NCBI GenBank assembly: GCA_049423385.1
Contig: JBMSQQ010000003.1
Location: forward strand, 1-64,000
Reading direction: 5' to 3'
Source of the DNA: Silvanigrellaceae bacterium
GTDB taxonomy: Bacteria; Bdellovibrionota_B; Oligoflexia; Silvanigrellales; Silvanigrellaceae
DNA: 64,000 nucleotides
The notes beneath the pieces were generated by a model. It saw nothing but the letters and a program-made list of their open reading frames with translations. It made no database searches and was not told where the DNA came from. The position numbers and the translations under genes are program-made. Every line of letters starts with the position of its first letter. Position 1 is the stretch's first letter. Of the stretch, positions 19,294-29,213 are shown in pieces.

Positions 19294-20229
19294 TCACATC
19301 CAAAGGTCGCAAAGCATCTGCTCGAGCGAGAACCCGACGACCCCGCCTTGATGCGCTTGCGCCAAAGGCACCACACGAGTGTCATACCATTTCTGAAAGG
19401 ACTGCAGTTCATGCCAGTCCAGTCGACCGCCGGACAACAGAAACTTTTCGAGATGAGGGGCAAGAATTCGCGCGCTTGCCGAGAGAAATTCAACCTTGGG
19501 AGCAGATGCAAAAACCTGAGCGGCTCCCCATTGCGCGGCAAAAAGGTCAATATCGGAGAGAATAATTCGATACGCCTCGAGCAACACATGGCGAAATTCC
19601 TTGAGCAGATTTGGATTGCCCTCAACAGTCTCGTGATTGGCGACAAGCACATGCGAGAATGATTGGGGTATGCCAAATTCGCATGACCTGGATGCCTCCC
19701 GAACGAGGCCTCGGCGATACCCTACCAAACCCTCCCAATACATGTTCAATTCAAGCAAACTGTGCTGGCCAGAGAGGAGCGCCTGAGACATTTGCGACAA
19801 TGGCACTTCCTCGGCCCGATCCTGGCTGCACTCGAGATCATACGCACAACTGATGTCTTCCCAGCGGGCACGCGCAGCCCCTGGATGAGCTGCGCCCAGG
19901 GTTCGCGGCAGCGACAGTGCGCACTCGGGCACGAGCGAGACAATTGCGCGGCAATCTCCACCCAGAAGGGTGCCCAAAATCCGGATTGAGGTTGTCGGGT
20001 GGGTCCGCCCGTAGTCCATGAGCTGTTCCAGATTCACTACGGCCAGTTGCAGCAGATTGGATTCCACGGAGGCAAGAAGACGTTCTGCAGACACGTGGGT
20101 CAGAAGTTGGTCTTGCCGCCCTTGCATTTTGGTCGGCCTGACCTCCCGCTGGTAAATTTCTGCAAGGAATCCAACCATGCCAACATCTGCATCGCCTTGA
20201 GTTCCACATTTGAGACGCGAGTTTATCAT
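19294..20229 (-). CDS. Hypothetical protein (311 aa)
   Basis: Long ORF filling the gap, GGAAAGG upstream; no family recognised. Confidence 0.55.
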   Translation of the reverse strand: MINSRLKCGTQGDADVGMVGFLAEIYQREVRPTKMQGRQDQLLTHVSAERLLASVESNLLQLAVVNLEQLMDYGRTHPTTSIRILGTLLGGDCRAIVSLVPECALSLPRTLGAAHPGAARARWEDISCAYDLECSQDRAEEVPLSQMSQALLSGQHSLLELNMYWEGLVGYRRGLVREASRSCEFGIPQSFSHVLVANHETVEGNPNLLKEFRHVLLEAYRIILSDIDLFAAQWGAAQVFASAPKVEFLSASARILAPHLEKFLLSGGRLDWHELQSFQKWYDTRVVPLAQAHQGGVVGFSLEQMLCDLWM

Positions 20230-20265
20230 TTAAAACAGAACGCCTTTCCGTAAGTCCGAACTTAG

Positions 20266-20282
20266 AGCGCTGCTGATGCCAA
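20266..20282 (-). promoter_or_regulatory. Possible sigma54 -24/-12 promoter for the 311-aa hypothetical gene
   Basis: TTGGCATCAGCAGCGCT: GG-N10-GC, imperfect -12. Confidence 0.3.
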
Positions 20283-20389
20283 CGCCGATGAGGCGAAGCA
20301 ATAGAGCTTGAGAGATAAACACACACAAATTACGTATATATCTAATTTTACAGCGTATTGTTTGGATATTTTTAATTCGAAATAAACTT

Positions 20390-20413
20390 TTGTACAATTT
20401 CGGAATTGCACAA
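20390..20413. promoter_or_regulatory. Near-perfect palindrome, probable transcription-factor site
   Basis: TTGTACAATT-TCGG-AATTGCACAA (1 mismatch) in AT-rich divergent intergenic region. Confidence 0.45.
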
Positions 20414-20473
20414 GCTTGAATCTGAACTGTTGGCCATACAGTTGGTCCACGGAAACGAACCAATTGCACCGGC

Positions 20474-20502
20474 TTGACACCACGGCGCGACGTGATTATC
20501 AC
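20474..20502 (+). promoter_or_regulatory. sigma70 promoter of the tRNA-Tyr/Gly pair
   Basis: TTGACA-N17-TATCAC followed by GC-rich discriminator, just upstream of tRNA-Tyr. Confidence 0.6.
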
Positions 20503-20513
20503 TGCCCGGCGTT

Positions 20514-20599
20514 GGGGAGATACCGAAGTGGCCAACCGGGGCAGACTGTAAATCTGCTGACTTTAGTCTTCAGTGGTTCGAATCCACTTCTCCCCACCA
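20514..20599 (+). tRNA. tRNA-Tyr(GTA)
   Basis: GGGGAGA/TCTCCCC acceptor stem, GCAGA-CTGTAAA-TCTGC anticodon arm, long variable arm, GTTCGAATC, encoded CCA. Confidence 0.96.
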
Positions 20600-20604
20600 C
20601 GAGA

Positions 20605-20681
20605 GCGGGAATAGCTCAATTGGCTAGAGCATCAGCCTTCCAAGCTGAGGGTTGCGGGTTCGAGACCCGTTTCCCGCTCCA
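20605..20681 (+). tRNA. tRNA-Gly(TCC)
   Basis: GCGGGAA/TTCCCGC acceptor stem, TCAGC-CTTCCAA-GCTGA anticodon arm, GTTCGAG, encoded CCA. Confidence 0.96.
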
Positions 20682-20721
20682 TTTTTCTCTGCCCCGGCCG
20701 GCATCCGTATTGGAGGACTCG

Positions 20722-21864
20722 ATGACACAACCTCCATCTGCACACAAAACAGCTCTTATCACTGGAATTACAGGTCAAGATGGGGCCTATCTTGCACATT
20801 TGTTGCTGAAGAAAGGCTACAACGTGCATGGAATCAAACGGCGCTCGAGCAGTTTCAACACCCAGCGACTCGACCCTTTGTATCTTGACGAACATTTGCC
20901 GTCGGCAAAACTCAAACTGCATTACGGCGATATGACCGACCCTGTCGGCCTGGCCCGCATTGTGGAAGAAGTCGAGCCAGACGAAATTTATAACCTGGCA
21001 GCCCAAAGCCACGTGCGCGTGAGCTTCGACCAGCCCGACTACACGGGCCAGGTGGATGGTCTGGGTACCGTGCGCCTCCTGGAGTGCGTTCGGTCGCTGG
21101 GCCTGACACAAAAAACCCGATTTTATCAGGCCTCAACAAGCGAGCTTTACGGCAAGGTCCGGGAAATTCCGCAGTCGGAAACAACGCCCTTTCATCCGCG
21201 CAGCCCCTACGCTTGCGCGAAAATCTACTCCTACTGGAGTGTGGTGAATTACCGCGAAGCCTATGGAATGTTCGCCTCCAACGGCATTCTTTTCAATCAT
21301 GAAAGCCCATTGCGCGGTGAAACCTTTGTAACCCGCAAAATCACCCGCGCTGCTGCGCGCATTTCGCTGGGACTCGACAACTGTTTGTGGATCGGCAACC
21401 TGGATGCCAAGCGCGACTGGGGCCATGCGCGCGAGTACGTTGAAGGGATGTGGCGTATTCTGAATCACACCCACGCTGACGATTTCGTCTTGGCCACTGG
21501 CCGGACCACCCGCGTGCGCGATTTTCTGCTGATGGCATTCCGCATTGCCGGCATCGAAATTGCATTCGAAGGCAGTGGAACTGAAGAAACGGGCCGCTGC
21601 ACCAAAACGGGTCGGACATTGGTGAAAATTGATCCACGCTACTATCGCCCCGCTGAAGTTGATCTCTTGATTGGCGATGCTTCCAAGGCAAAACGCGAAT
21701 TGGGGTGGGAAGCGAAAACTTCGGTCGAGGACCTGTGCAAGGAAATGGTGGCAGCCGACATTTATGTGGCTCGCCAGGAAATCTCGCGCCGCAATCACGC
21801 CGTGCCGACCATGGAAGAACTGGTCCACACACCCGGTCGCCTACAGGAGCTGTTGGCGGAATAA
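20722..21864 (+). CDS. gmd: GDP-mannose 4,6-dehydratase
   Basis: [63 protein letters not shown] before ATG 20722. Confidence 0.97.
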   Translation: MTQPPSAHKTALITGITGQDGAYLAHLLLKKGYNVHGIKRRSSSFNTQRLDPLYLDEHLPSAKLKLHYGDMTDPVGLARIVEEVEPDEIYNLAAQSHVRVSFDQPDYTGQVDGLGTVRLLECVRSLGLTQKTRFYQASTSELYGKVREIPQSETTPFHPRSPYACAKIYSYWSVVNYREAYGMFASNGILFNHESPLRGETFVTRKITRAAARISLGLDNCLWIGNLDAKRDWGHAREYVEGMWRILNHTHADDFVLATGRTTRVRDFLLMAFRIAGIEIAFEGSGTEETGRCTKTGRTLVKIDPRYYRPAEVDLLIGDASKAKRELGWEAKTSVEDLCKEMVAADIYVARQEISRRNHAVPTMEELVHTPGRLQELLAE

Positions 21865-22926
21865 CTCGACGTATTTGTCGACCACGGGATCCCAACCAAA
21901 ACTCATGCCGTGACGATATGCATCATCCGCGAATGCAGGATTGGCCGCATACCAGTCGAGTCCTTCACGCAGCTCCCTTGCCATCGCAGCGGTATCGGGC
22001 GAACTCCAGTAAAGTGCATGCGGACCACAGGTTTCTGGCACAGCAGACTCACGGAAAACAAACACCGGTCGACGTGCCTGCATGGCCTCCAGAGGAGGGT
22101 AGCCCATGCCTTCAGAAATCGAAGGAAACAAAACCGCGGCGCAGTTTTTGTAAAACCAGAATTTGTCTTCTTCGCTGCAGATGCCAAGCAAATGGACTCG
22201 GCCATTGGCGCTGCTTTTGGCGATTAGTTCTTGCAATTCCTGTCCCGCGGGCGTTTGGCTATTGCCGAGCATGACAAGATCAAACTCCGGCAACTGCTCC
22301 ATGAGCGGAATCAACGCGCGATAATTTTTGGTGTGCTTGTGCACGCCCACCGTCAAAAGATAAGGCCGTTGCGGAACAAAAGCGGGCATTTCTGCAGCAG
22401 GAAACGTTTTGAGTTCAAGCCCAAACGGTCGAACAAGCAAGGGAGTTTGCCTGACCTGCAAATGCTCGCGCACCTCTACCGCAGTGTTTTCCGAAATCGC
22501 CGTGACGACCGTGGAGCGATCGATGAATTTCTGGATGCGACGCAGACGCGCCCGACATCGGGCAGGGCTTTTTTCCTTCAAAAAATTGAGATCATTGATC
22601 GTGAATAGAAATTTGGAGAAATGCGCAGGCGGAAAGCCAACGTCTTGATGCGGGCAATACCAAAGATCATAGCGCGCATGCAGCCTGGGGAAGAGCTTAA
22701 GCAACTTGGATTCGCCCACATAGTCCACCGCGTCACCAAATCGGCCGATGTCTTTTTTGGGAACAAGAAACGTGAATCGGAACTCGGGCATGGCTGCAGC
22801 ACGGCGTGCCAGGCGCTCACCAAAATAAAGTGCCACATGGCCCAAGCCGGAAGTGGGCTCACGCAAGCGATCGAGGTCGATGAGAATCTTTTTGGGTTTC
22901 GTTCCAGATGCTGCGTCGATTTTCAC
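21841..22926 (-). CDS. Glycosyltransferase family 4 (GT-B)
   Basis: [34 protein letters not shown] overlap with upstream gene. Confidence 0.88.
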   Translation of the reverse strand: MKIDAASGTKPKKILIDLDRLREPTSGLGHVALYFGERLARRAAAMPEFRFTFLVPKKDIGRFGDAVDYVGESKLLKLFPRLHARYDLWYCPHQDVGFPPAHFSKFLFTINDLNFLKEKSPARCRARLRRIQKFIDRSTVVTAISENTAVEVREHLQVRQTPLLVRPFGLELKTFPAAEMPAFVPQRPYLLTVGVHKHTKNYRALIPLMEQLPEFDLVMLGNSQTPAGQELQELIAKSSANGRVHLLGICSEEDKFWFYKNCAAVLFPSISEGMGYPPLEAMQARRPVFVFRESAVPETCGPHALYWSSPDTAAMARELREGLDWYAANPAFADDAYRHGMSFGWDPVVDKYVELFRQQLL

Positions 22927-24041
22927 GCTCTTGCTGCTCCAAAATAACCGGCAATCGCCGAACAAATAAAATCAACGTCGTCGTTTGAAAGGTCGGGATA
23001 ACTTGGAAGATTGATGGTCGTTGCTCCCAGCATTTCTGCATGGGGGAAAGACTGACCGCGTGCAAATTCACGGTGCATCGGGAAAAGATGAGACGGCGGA
23101 AACCCTGGACGTGTTTCAATACTGTGACTCTGCAGGTGAGCGCGCAATCCGTCGCGCATCTTCTCGTTTTCAACCCGAATGCTGACCATCCAGTACGAAT
23201 GAGTTGTACCTGCACTTTCAGCATGAAAAACGATGTGAGGAACCGCCTTCAAGGCATCACGATAGCGCATTGCAATCGCCCTTTTTCGGGCCAGCACAGG
23301 CTCCACCCGTTCCAACTGGGCCGTGCCTATCGCTGCACAAATGTTGGTCATCCTGTAGTTGTAGCCAATGGCATCGTGCCAGTAGCTGCGTTCCGGACTG
23401 ACAGCCTGGCTCTTGAGGTGAGCGCAACGTGCGATCAAGGCAGCGTTGTTTGAAACCAGCATTCCACCTTCACCGGTGGTGATGGTCTTGTTGCCGAAAA
23501 ACGAAAAGCTGCCGATGTCGCCAAAGGTACCAACGTGCGCCATTCCAACCCGGGTGCCAATGGCCTCGGCACAATCTTCGATTAAAAAGATGCCCTTCTT
23601 TTTGCACAGCATCGACAACTTGTTCAGATCGCAGGCCTGGCCATAAAGGTGCACCGCCATGATCGCTTTTGTTTTGGGAGTCAGCGCGCGCTCAACGGCA
23701 TTCAAATCCATCTGCCAGTCTTCGAGTGAAGACTCGACAAAAACCGGGATTGCACCGACGTACCGGATGGCATTGACTGAGGCCACATAGGTGAAGGCAG
23801 GAACGACAACTTCGTCTCCGGCCCCAACCCCCAAGGCCAAAAGTGCCAAATGCAGCGAGACGGTGCCATTCGAGCAACTGGTGGCAGCCGATGCTCCTAC
23901 CCAAGCCGCAAACTCGCGCTCAAACCGTGTGACAAATTCGCCGCGCGAACTGATCCAACTCGACTGCAGGCATTCGTTGACGTAACGACTTTCATTGCCG
24001 GTGAGGTTGGGTCGGTAGACGGGGTATTTGAAATCGGGCAT
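22923..24041 (-). CDS. DegT/DnrJ-family aminotransferase, probable GDP-perosamine synthase
   Basis: WISSRG, SNGTVSLHLAL, IEDCAEA, SFFGNKTITTGEGG, GYNYRMTNICAAIG; near gmd. Confidence 0.85.
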   Translation of the reverse strand: MPDFKYPVYRPNLTGNESRYVNECLQSSWISSRGEFVTRFEREFAAWVGASAATSCSNGTVSLHLALLALGVGAGDEVVVPAFTYVASVNAIRYVGAIPVFVESSLEDWQMDLNAVERALTPKTKAIMAVHLYGQACDLNKLSMLCKKKGIFLIEDCAEAIGTRVGMAHVGTFGDIGSFSFFGNKTITTGEGGMLVSNNAALIARCAHLKSQAVSPERSYWHDAIGYNYRMTNICAAIGTAQLERVEPVLARKRAIAMRYRDALKAVPHIVFHAESAGTTHSYWMVSIRVENEKMRDGLRAHLQSHSIETRPGFPPSHLFPMHREFARGQSFPHAEMLGATTINLPSYPDLSNDDVDFICSAIAGYFGAARA

Positions 24042-24147
24042 CACAAACGACCTTGAGTTTTGTGTTTGTCGCAAAAGTTTGAGACAAATTCATATCAGGA
24101 TTGTCTCTGATTGTCTTGTTTGGAAGTGGCACTGGAATGGGGTGAAA

Positions 24148-24933
24148 ATGGTGATTGCCGAAGGACATGGCGACCTGAAACAGGTTTCGGTTGTCATCAT
24201 GACCCGCGACGAGGCGCACAACATTGAAGCATGTCTAAAAAGTCTGAGTGAATTCAGTGAAATAATCGTCGTCGACAACGGCTCCCGAGACAACACGTGC
24301 GAGATCATCAAACGATTCAGTAATGCCAAGCTGATACTCAGCGAATGGAAAGGTTACGGTGGCACACGCCAAGTGGGGGTGGATGCCGCCTCGAACGATT
24401 GGATCTTGTGGTTCGACGCTGATGAACGGATGACACCGGAACTTGCCTTGGAAATACGTCACGGCCTGAAAGACGCTTCCGAGGCGTGCGTTTTTTCGTT
24501 TCCCAGACGAAATTTCTTCTTGGGTCGCGCCATCCGCGGATGTGGCTGGTCTCCCGACCACGTGCGCCGCATCTTCAACCGCAAATACTCACGCTTCGAC
24601 AACAAGACTGTTCACGAGGGCATTGCCTCAAACGGGCCAGTCGTCACACGTGTGCTCAAACAACCCATCATCCATTACAGCTACACGAGCCTGAAACAAT
24701 TTTTTGAAAAGAACAGTCGCTATGCACTCCTGGCAGGTGCAGAGCGCCGCCGAATCGGCCGGCGCGTGAGGCCCGTGGAACTCTTCGTGCGCCCCCTGTG
24801 GGAGTTTTTTCGCTGTTACATCCTCAAGCGAGGCTTCATGGACGGCTTGCGCGGCCTGGTGATCTGCTTTGGTTCGGCGATCTATGTATTTTCTCGTGAT
24901 GCTCACTGCCTGTTGGAACAGGAACAACCATAG
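24148..24933 (+). CDS. Glycosyltransferase family 2 (LPS beta-1,4-glucosyltransferase-like)
   Basis: VVDNGSRDNT, WILWFDADE, VHEG, HYSY, KRGFMDG.RGL motifs. Confidence 0.88.
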   Translation: MVIAEGHGDLKQVSVVIMTRDEAHNIEACLKSLSEFSEIIVVDNGSRDNTCEIIKRFSNAKLILSEWKGYGGTRQVGVDAASNDWILWFDADERMTPELALEIRHGLKDASEACVFSFPRRNFFLGRAIRGCGWSPDHVRRIFNRKYSRFDNKTVHEGIASNGPVVTRVLKQPIIHYSYTSLKQFFEKNSRYALLAGAERRRIGRRVRPVELFVRPLWEFFRCYILKRGFMDGLRGLVICFGSAIYVFSRDAHCLLEQEQP

Positions 24934-24985
24934 GTTTTTAAAACAACCGCATCACGCCAACATCATTGCCCGCCCCGCGACAATT

Positions 24986-27070
24986 TCAGCGACCGAGCTG
25001 ATGATAAAGAACTCCTCGACCTTCGAGTTTACGACGCGTCATTCCAGGACCATTCCATTGCAGGCTCAGACTCGAGCTCCCCAGCAACTGGAAATAATCG
25101 ACACGAATCTGATGAAATCCACGGCTGAGATTCACCGAAGCACTCTTCTCAACTGAACCGTGCAGGCCATCATTGCTGATCACCCTGTTGCCATCAATCT
25201 TCAAGGCACTTCCATCGTCGGATCTGAGATAAAAAGTGTAGGAACCGTCGAGTGGCACCCAAATCAATCCATCGAAAACGAGACCAAATTGTGTCGACTT
25301 GTTTGACGGTGCGAGGGAAACACTTTGAACGGTACCCTGACCCAAAGGAGTCATTGCGTCGAAGTTCGGAATTCGCATCCAGAAGCCGCGATAAAAACGA
25401 TAGCGAAGCCCATCACCATAGCCGGGAACTGGAGTTGCTGTCGGAACAGGTGTGGGTGTGGGTGAAGGTGTTGCGGTTGGGGTCGCTGTGGGCGCCACCG
25501 TTGGGGTTGCGCCGGGTGTGGGAGTTGGAGATTCGGTGGGCGCCGCCGTTGGAGTTGCTGTCGGGGTCGCTGTAGGTGTTGGAGCGACTGCTCCCAACGC
25601 ATCCAGGGATGCCTTCACATTCACACGGCCTCCGGAGGAAACCTTGCCTGTGAGTCCCGCAACCGCATCCGAGGAATTCACGATTGCAGACCGAATCTGA
25701 GACATCGTTTTTGTTGGGCTGGCACCCCAAAGCAACGCAGCCATGCCAGCCACATGTGGAGTTGCCATGGAAGTTCCGCTCAACGTGGCATATCCATTGT
25801 TGCGGGCCAGGCTGTAGATATTTCTCCCAGGTGCGGCAACGTCGACTCCATCACCGTAATTCGAAAATGAACTCAGCGAGTCATTGGTCTCCGTGGAGGC
25901 CACCGACAACACGTTTGTGTAATTTTTGGTGTAGTAAGCGGGATAACTCGCCTTGGAAGCCGACTCGTTGCCGGCAGCTGCCACGAACAGGACTCCCGCA
26001 TCCTGGGCAGCCTTGATTGCAGAGGCAATCAGGGAACTCGCACCGCCACCACCATAACTGTTGGAAGTCACCTTGGCGCCATTGGAAACTGCATATATCA
26101 CGCCACTGTAAATGTCGTAATTGTATCCAGAGCCAGTGTCGTCGAGCACCTTCACGGGCATGATGCGGGTTGTCCAGTTGACCCCCGCCACACCGGTCGA
26201 ATTGTTTCCACGCGCTCCGATCGTCCCGGCACAATGAGTCCCGTGCCCGTCGCCATCACTTGGATCGTTGTCTCCATAGGCGAAGTCCCAACCATTCACA
26301 TCGTCGATGTATCCGTTGCTGTCGTCATCCACGCCGTTACCGGCAATCTCTTTTGTGTTCTTCCAAAGGTTGTTCTTGATGTCGTCATGATTGATGTCGA
26401 CACCCGTGTCGATCACGGCAATCACGACGTTCTCGCTGCCCGTGAAGGAATCCCAGGCGGCGGGAGCGGAAATCTTAGTCATGCCCCACAACGATGGCCA
26501 ACTCGGGTCGTTGGGTGTTGCAATCTTCTGAACCTTGAAATTCGGCTCTGCAAACAACACCGATGGAAGCTTGTGAATTTTGTTCAACGCAGAAATGATT
26601 TCAACAAGACTGCTTTTGGACAATTGCACTTTCATCAGGTCGAACGCAGGAGGCTTGCCGCCGAGTGTCATTTTTCGCAAGCTGTCGGCGGGTGTGAAGG
26701 TGGTTTTGAGCGCACCAATGGACAAATCCCCAAGCCCAACGATTTCTTCCGAATTCTCGATGTCCTCGTAATTTTTCACGGAACCGCTTTTCAACTTGAG
26801 TGGCAATCTGGCCTGCCAATCATCCCTCAACAGAATGTTCAACTCGATATTCTTGCCGTCCGGCACCTGGGCTTGAGCCTGAAGCAGGTTCTCTTTTGAA
26901 TAGACCCTCTTGACCAAATCTTCAGAGAGTCCAAGATCAATTGCGGCTTCCTTGGGAATGGACACTCCGGAATCGGGAATCAATTGCCAAAGGGCCTCGT
27001 TGGGTTTCTTCAAAACGCATGCGGAAACAAAAATCGTTATGGAAAGTGGATACATTGCTCGCAGGCGCAT
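24986..27070 (-). CDS. Subtilisin-like S8 protease with Pro/Thr linker and C-terminal PA14 domain; possible lipoprotein
   Basis: VIDTG, HGTHCAG, GTSMATPH triad motifs; SDDGS...NDGLHG PA14 motif; IFVSAC lipobox-like. Confidence 0.92.
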   Translation of the reverse strand: MRLRAMYPLSITIFVSACVLKKPNEALWQLIPDSGVSIPKEAAIDLGLSEDLVKRVYSKENLLQAQAQVPDGKNIELNILLRDDWQARLPLKLKSGSVKNYEDIENSEEIVGLGDLSIGALKTTFTPADSLRKMTLGGKPPAFDLMKVQLSKSSLVEIISALNKIHKLPSVLFAEPNFKVQKIATPNDPSWPSLWGMTKISAPAAWDSFTGSENVVIAVIDTGVDINHDDIKNNLWKNTKEIAGNGVDDDSNGYIDDVNGWDFAYGDNDPSDGDGHGTHCAGTIGARGNNSTGVAGVNWTTRIMPVKVLDDTGSGYNYDIYSGVIYAVSNGAKVTSNSYGGGGASSLIASAIKAAQDAGVLFVAAAGNESASKASYPAYYTKNYTNVLSVASTETNDSLSSFSNYGDGVDVAAPGRNIYSLARNNGYATLSGTSMATPHVAGMAALLWGASPTKTMSQIRSAIVNSSDAVAGLTGKVSSGGRVNVKASLDALGAVAPTPTATPTATPTAAPTESPTPTPGATPTVAPTATPTATPSPTPTPVPTATPVPGYGDGLRYRFYRGFWMRIPNFDAMTPLGQGTVQSVSLAPSNKSTQFGLVFDGLIWVPLDGSYTFYLRSDDGSALKIDGNRVISNDGLHGSVEKSASVNLSRGFHQIRVDYFQLLGSSSLSLQWNGPGMTRRKLEGRGVLYHQLGR
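25424..25586 (-). repeat. Low-complexity (PT/PTAT)n linker coding repeat within the S8 protease
   Basis: APTPTATPTATPTAAPTESPTPTPGATPT... with degenerate ~12-nt periodicity. Confidence 0.8.
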
Positions 27071-27100
27071 GTTGTTCCCCCGTTTTCGAAAGCCGAAGGA

Positions 27101-27128
27101 GGATCGGACTGTTTGCCAATGTGTGTTA
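27101..27128 (-). promoter_or_regulatory. Putative sigma28-type promoter for the S8 protease
   Basis: TAAC-N16-TCCGATCC, 30 nt before ATG 27070. Confidence 0.35.
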
Positions 27129-27175
27129 ATTTTTTTTACAAAAACCAAATATTTTGAAGTGATAACGGAGAATTA

Positions 27176-28066
27176 ATGAACCAAACACACATCGAGGCAC
27201 GGCGATTACGCAAGCAATACAAGGAAGTCCTTGCTGTTGATGACGTCAGCTTCAGCGTTGGCAAAGGTGAATGCTTCGGACTGCTGGGTCCCAATGGTGC
27301 CGGCAAGACCACGACAATCGAGATGATGGAGGGTGTCACCCCGGCAACGTCAGGCGAAGTTTTGCTCGCCAACCAACCGCTGACACGCTCGCTGCAACAT
27401 CGAATCGGTATCCAGTTTCAAAGCACCTCACTGCAGGATTTCCTGACGGTCCGGGAATGTCTCGAACTCTTTGCGGCTCTCTATGAAAATCCGCGAGACA
27501 TTGGCGAACTCATCAAACTTTGTTCGCTTGAGGAATTTCTGGATCGAGACAACAGAAAGCTCTCGGGTGGACAAAGACAACGCCTGATGCTTGCGCTTGC
27601 ACTGATCAACGATCCGGAAATTGTTTTTCTGGACGAGCCAACCACCGGACTCGATCCGCAGGCCCGCAGGAATCTCTGGTCGCTTGTCGAAAAAATAAAG
27701 GCAGAGGGCAAGAGCATTGTCCTGACGACCCACTACATGGAAGAAGCCTATGTCCTTTGCGACCAGATCGCGATTATGGACAAAGGAAAAATCATTGCAC
27801 GGGGTGCACCAAAAACCCTGCTCAAGCAATATTTTGAAGGGCAATACATCGAAATTCCCGAGGAGGATCTGCTCGGTGAATCCCCGGAGCAACTCGGTTT
27901 CAAGTTTCACCGAAGGAATTCGCATGTTGAATTTCACGTTCCCGAAGTCAGGGAAGCCCTGGGCGTCTTTATCCAAAAAAACATCAATCTGAACCGCATG
28001 TCGGTTCGCACAGCCAGCCTTGAAGATCTTTTTCTTCACCTCACAGGCAGAGGACTCCGCGAATGA
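27176..28066 (+). CDS. ABC-2 type exporter ATPase
   Basis: GPNGAGKTT, LSGGQRQR, LDEPTTGLDP, TTHYMEEA. Confidence 0.92.
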   Translation: MNQTHIEARRLRKQYKEVLAVDDVSFSVGKGECFGLLGPNGAGKTTTIEMMEGVTPATSGEVLLANQPLTRSLQHRIGIQFQSTSLQDFLTVRECLELFAALYENPRDIGELIKLCSLEEFLDRDNRKLSGGQRQRLMLALALINDPEIVFLDEPTTGLDPQARRNLWSLVEKIKAEGKSIVLTTHYMEEAYVLCDQIAIMDKGKIIARGAPKTLLKQYFEGQYIEIPEEDLLGESPEQLGFKFHRRNSHVEFHVPEVREALGVFIQKNINLNRMSVRTASLEDLFLHLTGRGLRE

Positions 28067-29088
28067 GAAAATTTATTGCCCTGCTGAATGCCAGAAACAA
28101 GGAATTTGTCCGCGACAGGGGATCAATGGCCTGGAGCCTGCTGTTTCCTTTCCTGATCATCATCGGATTTTCGTTCGCCTTCTCGGGACAAAATCAGGAT
28201 ATTTTCAAAGTCGCCGTGCACAGGCCAACAATCGCAAGCGTTTCGCCGGAATCACCTGCAAACCTCTTCTTGCAGACAAAGTTCATCCGGTTTCTGGAGA
28301 CCGAGCAACTTCAACCCAGTATAGAAAAGCTTCAACGGCACCAATATGACATGGTCATCAGCCTGGAAGAGCAACCAAAATACTGGATCAACTCCAGTTC
28401 CCCCAAAGGCTATCTGCTCGAAAAAATGCTCAACTCTCAGACCTCAAAAGAGCCGACAGGATTCATCAAGGAACAGGTGACCGGACGGGAGATTCGCTAC
28501 GTTGATTGGCTTATTGCAGGGTTGTTGGGAATGAACGTGATGTTCGGTTCACTTTTTGGCGTGGGCTACGTGATTGTCCGCTATAGAAAAGCCGGCGTCC
28601 TGCGCCGTCTCAAAGCAACGCCAGTTTCGGCATTTGAATTTCTTTCGGCGCAGGTCGCCAGCCGACTGATTCTGATGATGACAACATGTGCCATTGTCCT
28701 TGCAGGTTGCAGATTGCTGGTCGATCTGCAAATGTTTGGTTCATATTACGATTTGTTTGTCGTCCTCCTGATCGGGTCATTGTGCATGATTTCCCTGGCG
28801 CTCGTGGTGGCCGCACGTATTTCGAGCGAGGAGTTTGCAGGTGGCCTGCTCAATGTTGTGACCTGGCCCATGATGCTTTTTTCGGGAGTCTGGTTTTCGC
28901 TCGAGGGTGCTCACCCGGTTTTACAAAAATTCTCACGACTCCTGCCCCTCACCCATCTCGTGGATGCATCACGATCAATCATTACCGAAGGGGCCAAGCT
29001 TTCTGACGTGAGTGGCGATCTGTTGCTCATGGCAGGTTTGACAGCTGTTTTCATGATCATCAGTTCATGGCTGTTTCAGTGGGAATGA
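28063..29088 (+). CDS. ABC-2 type exporter permease
   Basis: RYVDWL..G, GVLRRLKATP, FSGVWF, LPLTHLV; ATGA overlap. Confidence 0.9.
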   Translation: MRKFIALLNARNKEFVRDRGSMAWSLLFPFLIIIGFSFAFSGQNQDIFKVAVHRPTIASVSPESPANLFLQTKFIRFLETEQLQPSIEKLQRHQYDMVISLEEQPKYWINSSSPKGYLLEKMLNSQTSKEPTGFIKEQVTGREIRYVDWLIAGLLGMNVMFGSLFGVGYVIVRYRKAGVLRRLKATPVSAFEFLSAQVASRLILMMTTCAIVLAGCRLLVDLQMFGSYYDLFVVLLIGSLCMISLALVVAARISSEEFAGGLLNVVTWPMMLFSGVWFSLEGAHPVLQKFSRLLPLTHLVDASRSIITEGAKLSDVSGDLLLMAGLTAVFMIISSWLFQWE

Positions 29089-29213
29089 CAGTTGCGAGCA
29101 AACTCCAAATAACTCCCCAGATTGTTTTGAATGCCGACAAACCTGAACTAGTATTTGACGCGCTCATCAGAATCTGAATGTGAATGTGAGCCGGCAATCC
29201 CTGGAGGGTTCCC

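Noticed and set aside
20416..20721. 102-aa N-terminal extension of gmd in the ORF track
   Set aside because: It runs through two tRNA genes; an RBS and family homology start at ATG 20722
25424..25586. CRISPR-like or tandem DNA repeat
   Set aside because: Degenerate repeats encode a Pro/Thr linker; no constant repeat-spacer structure and no cas genes
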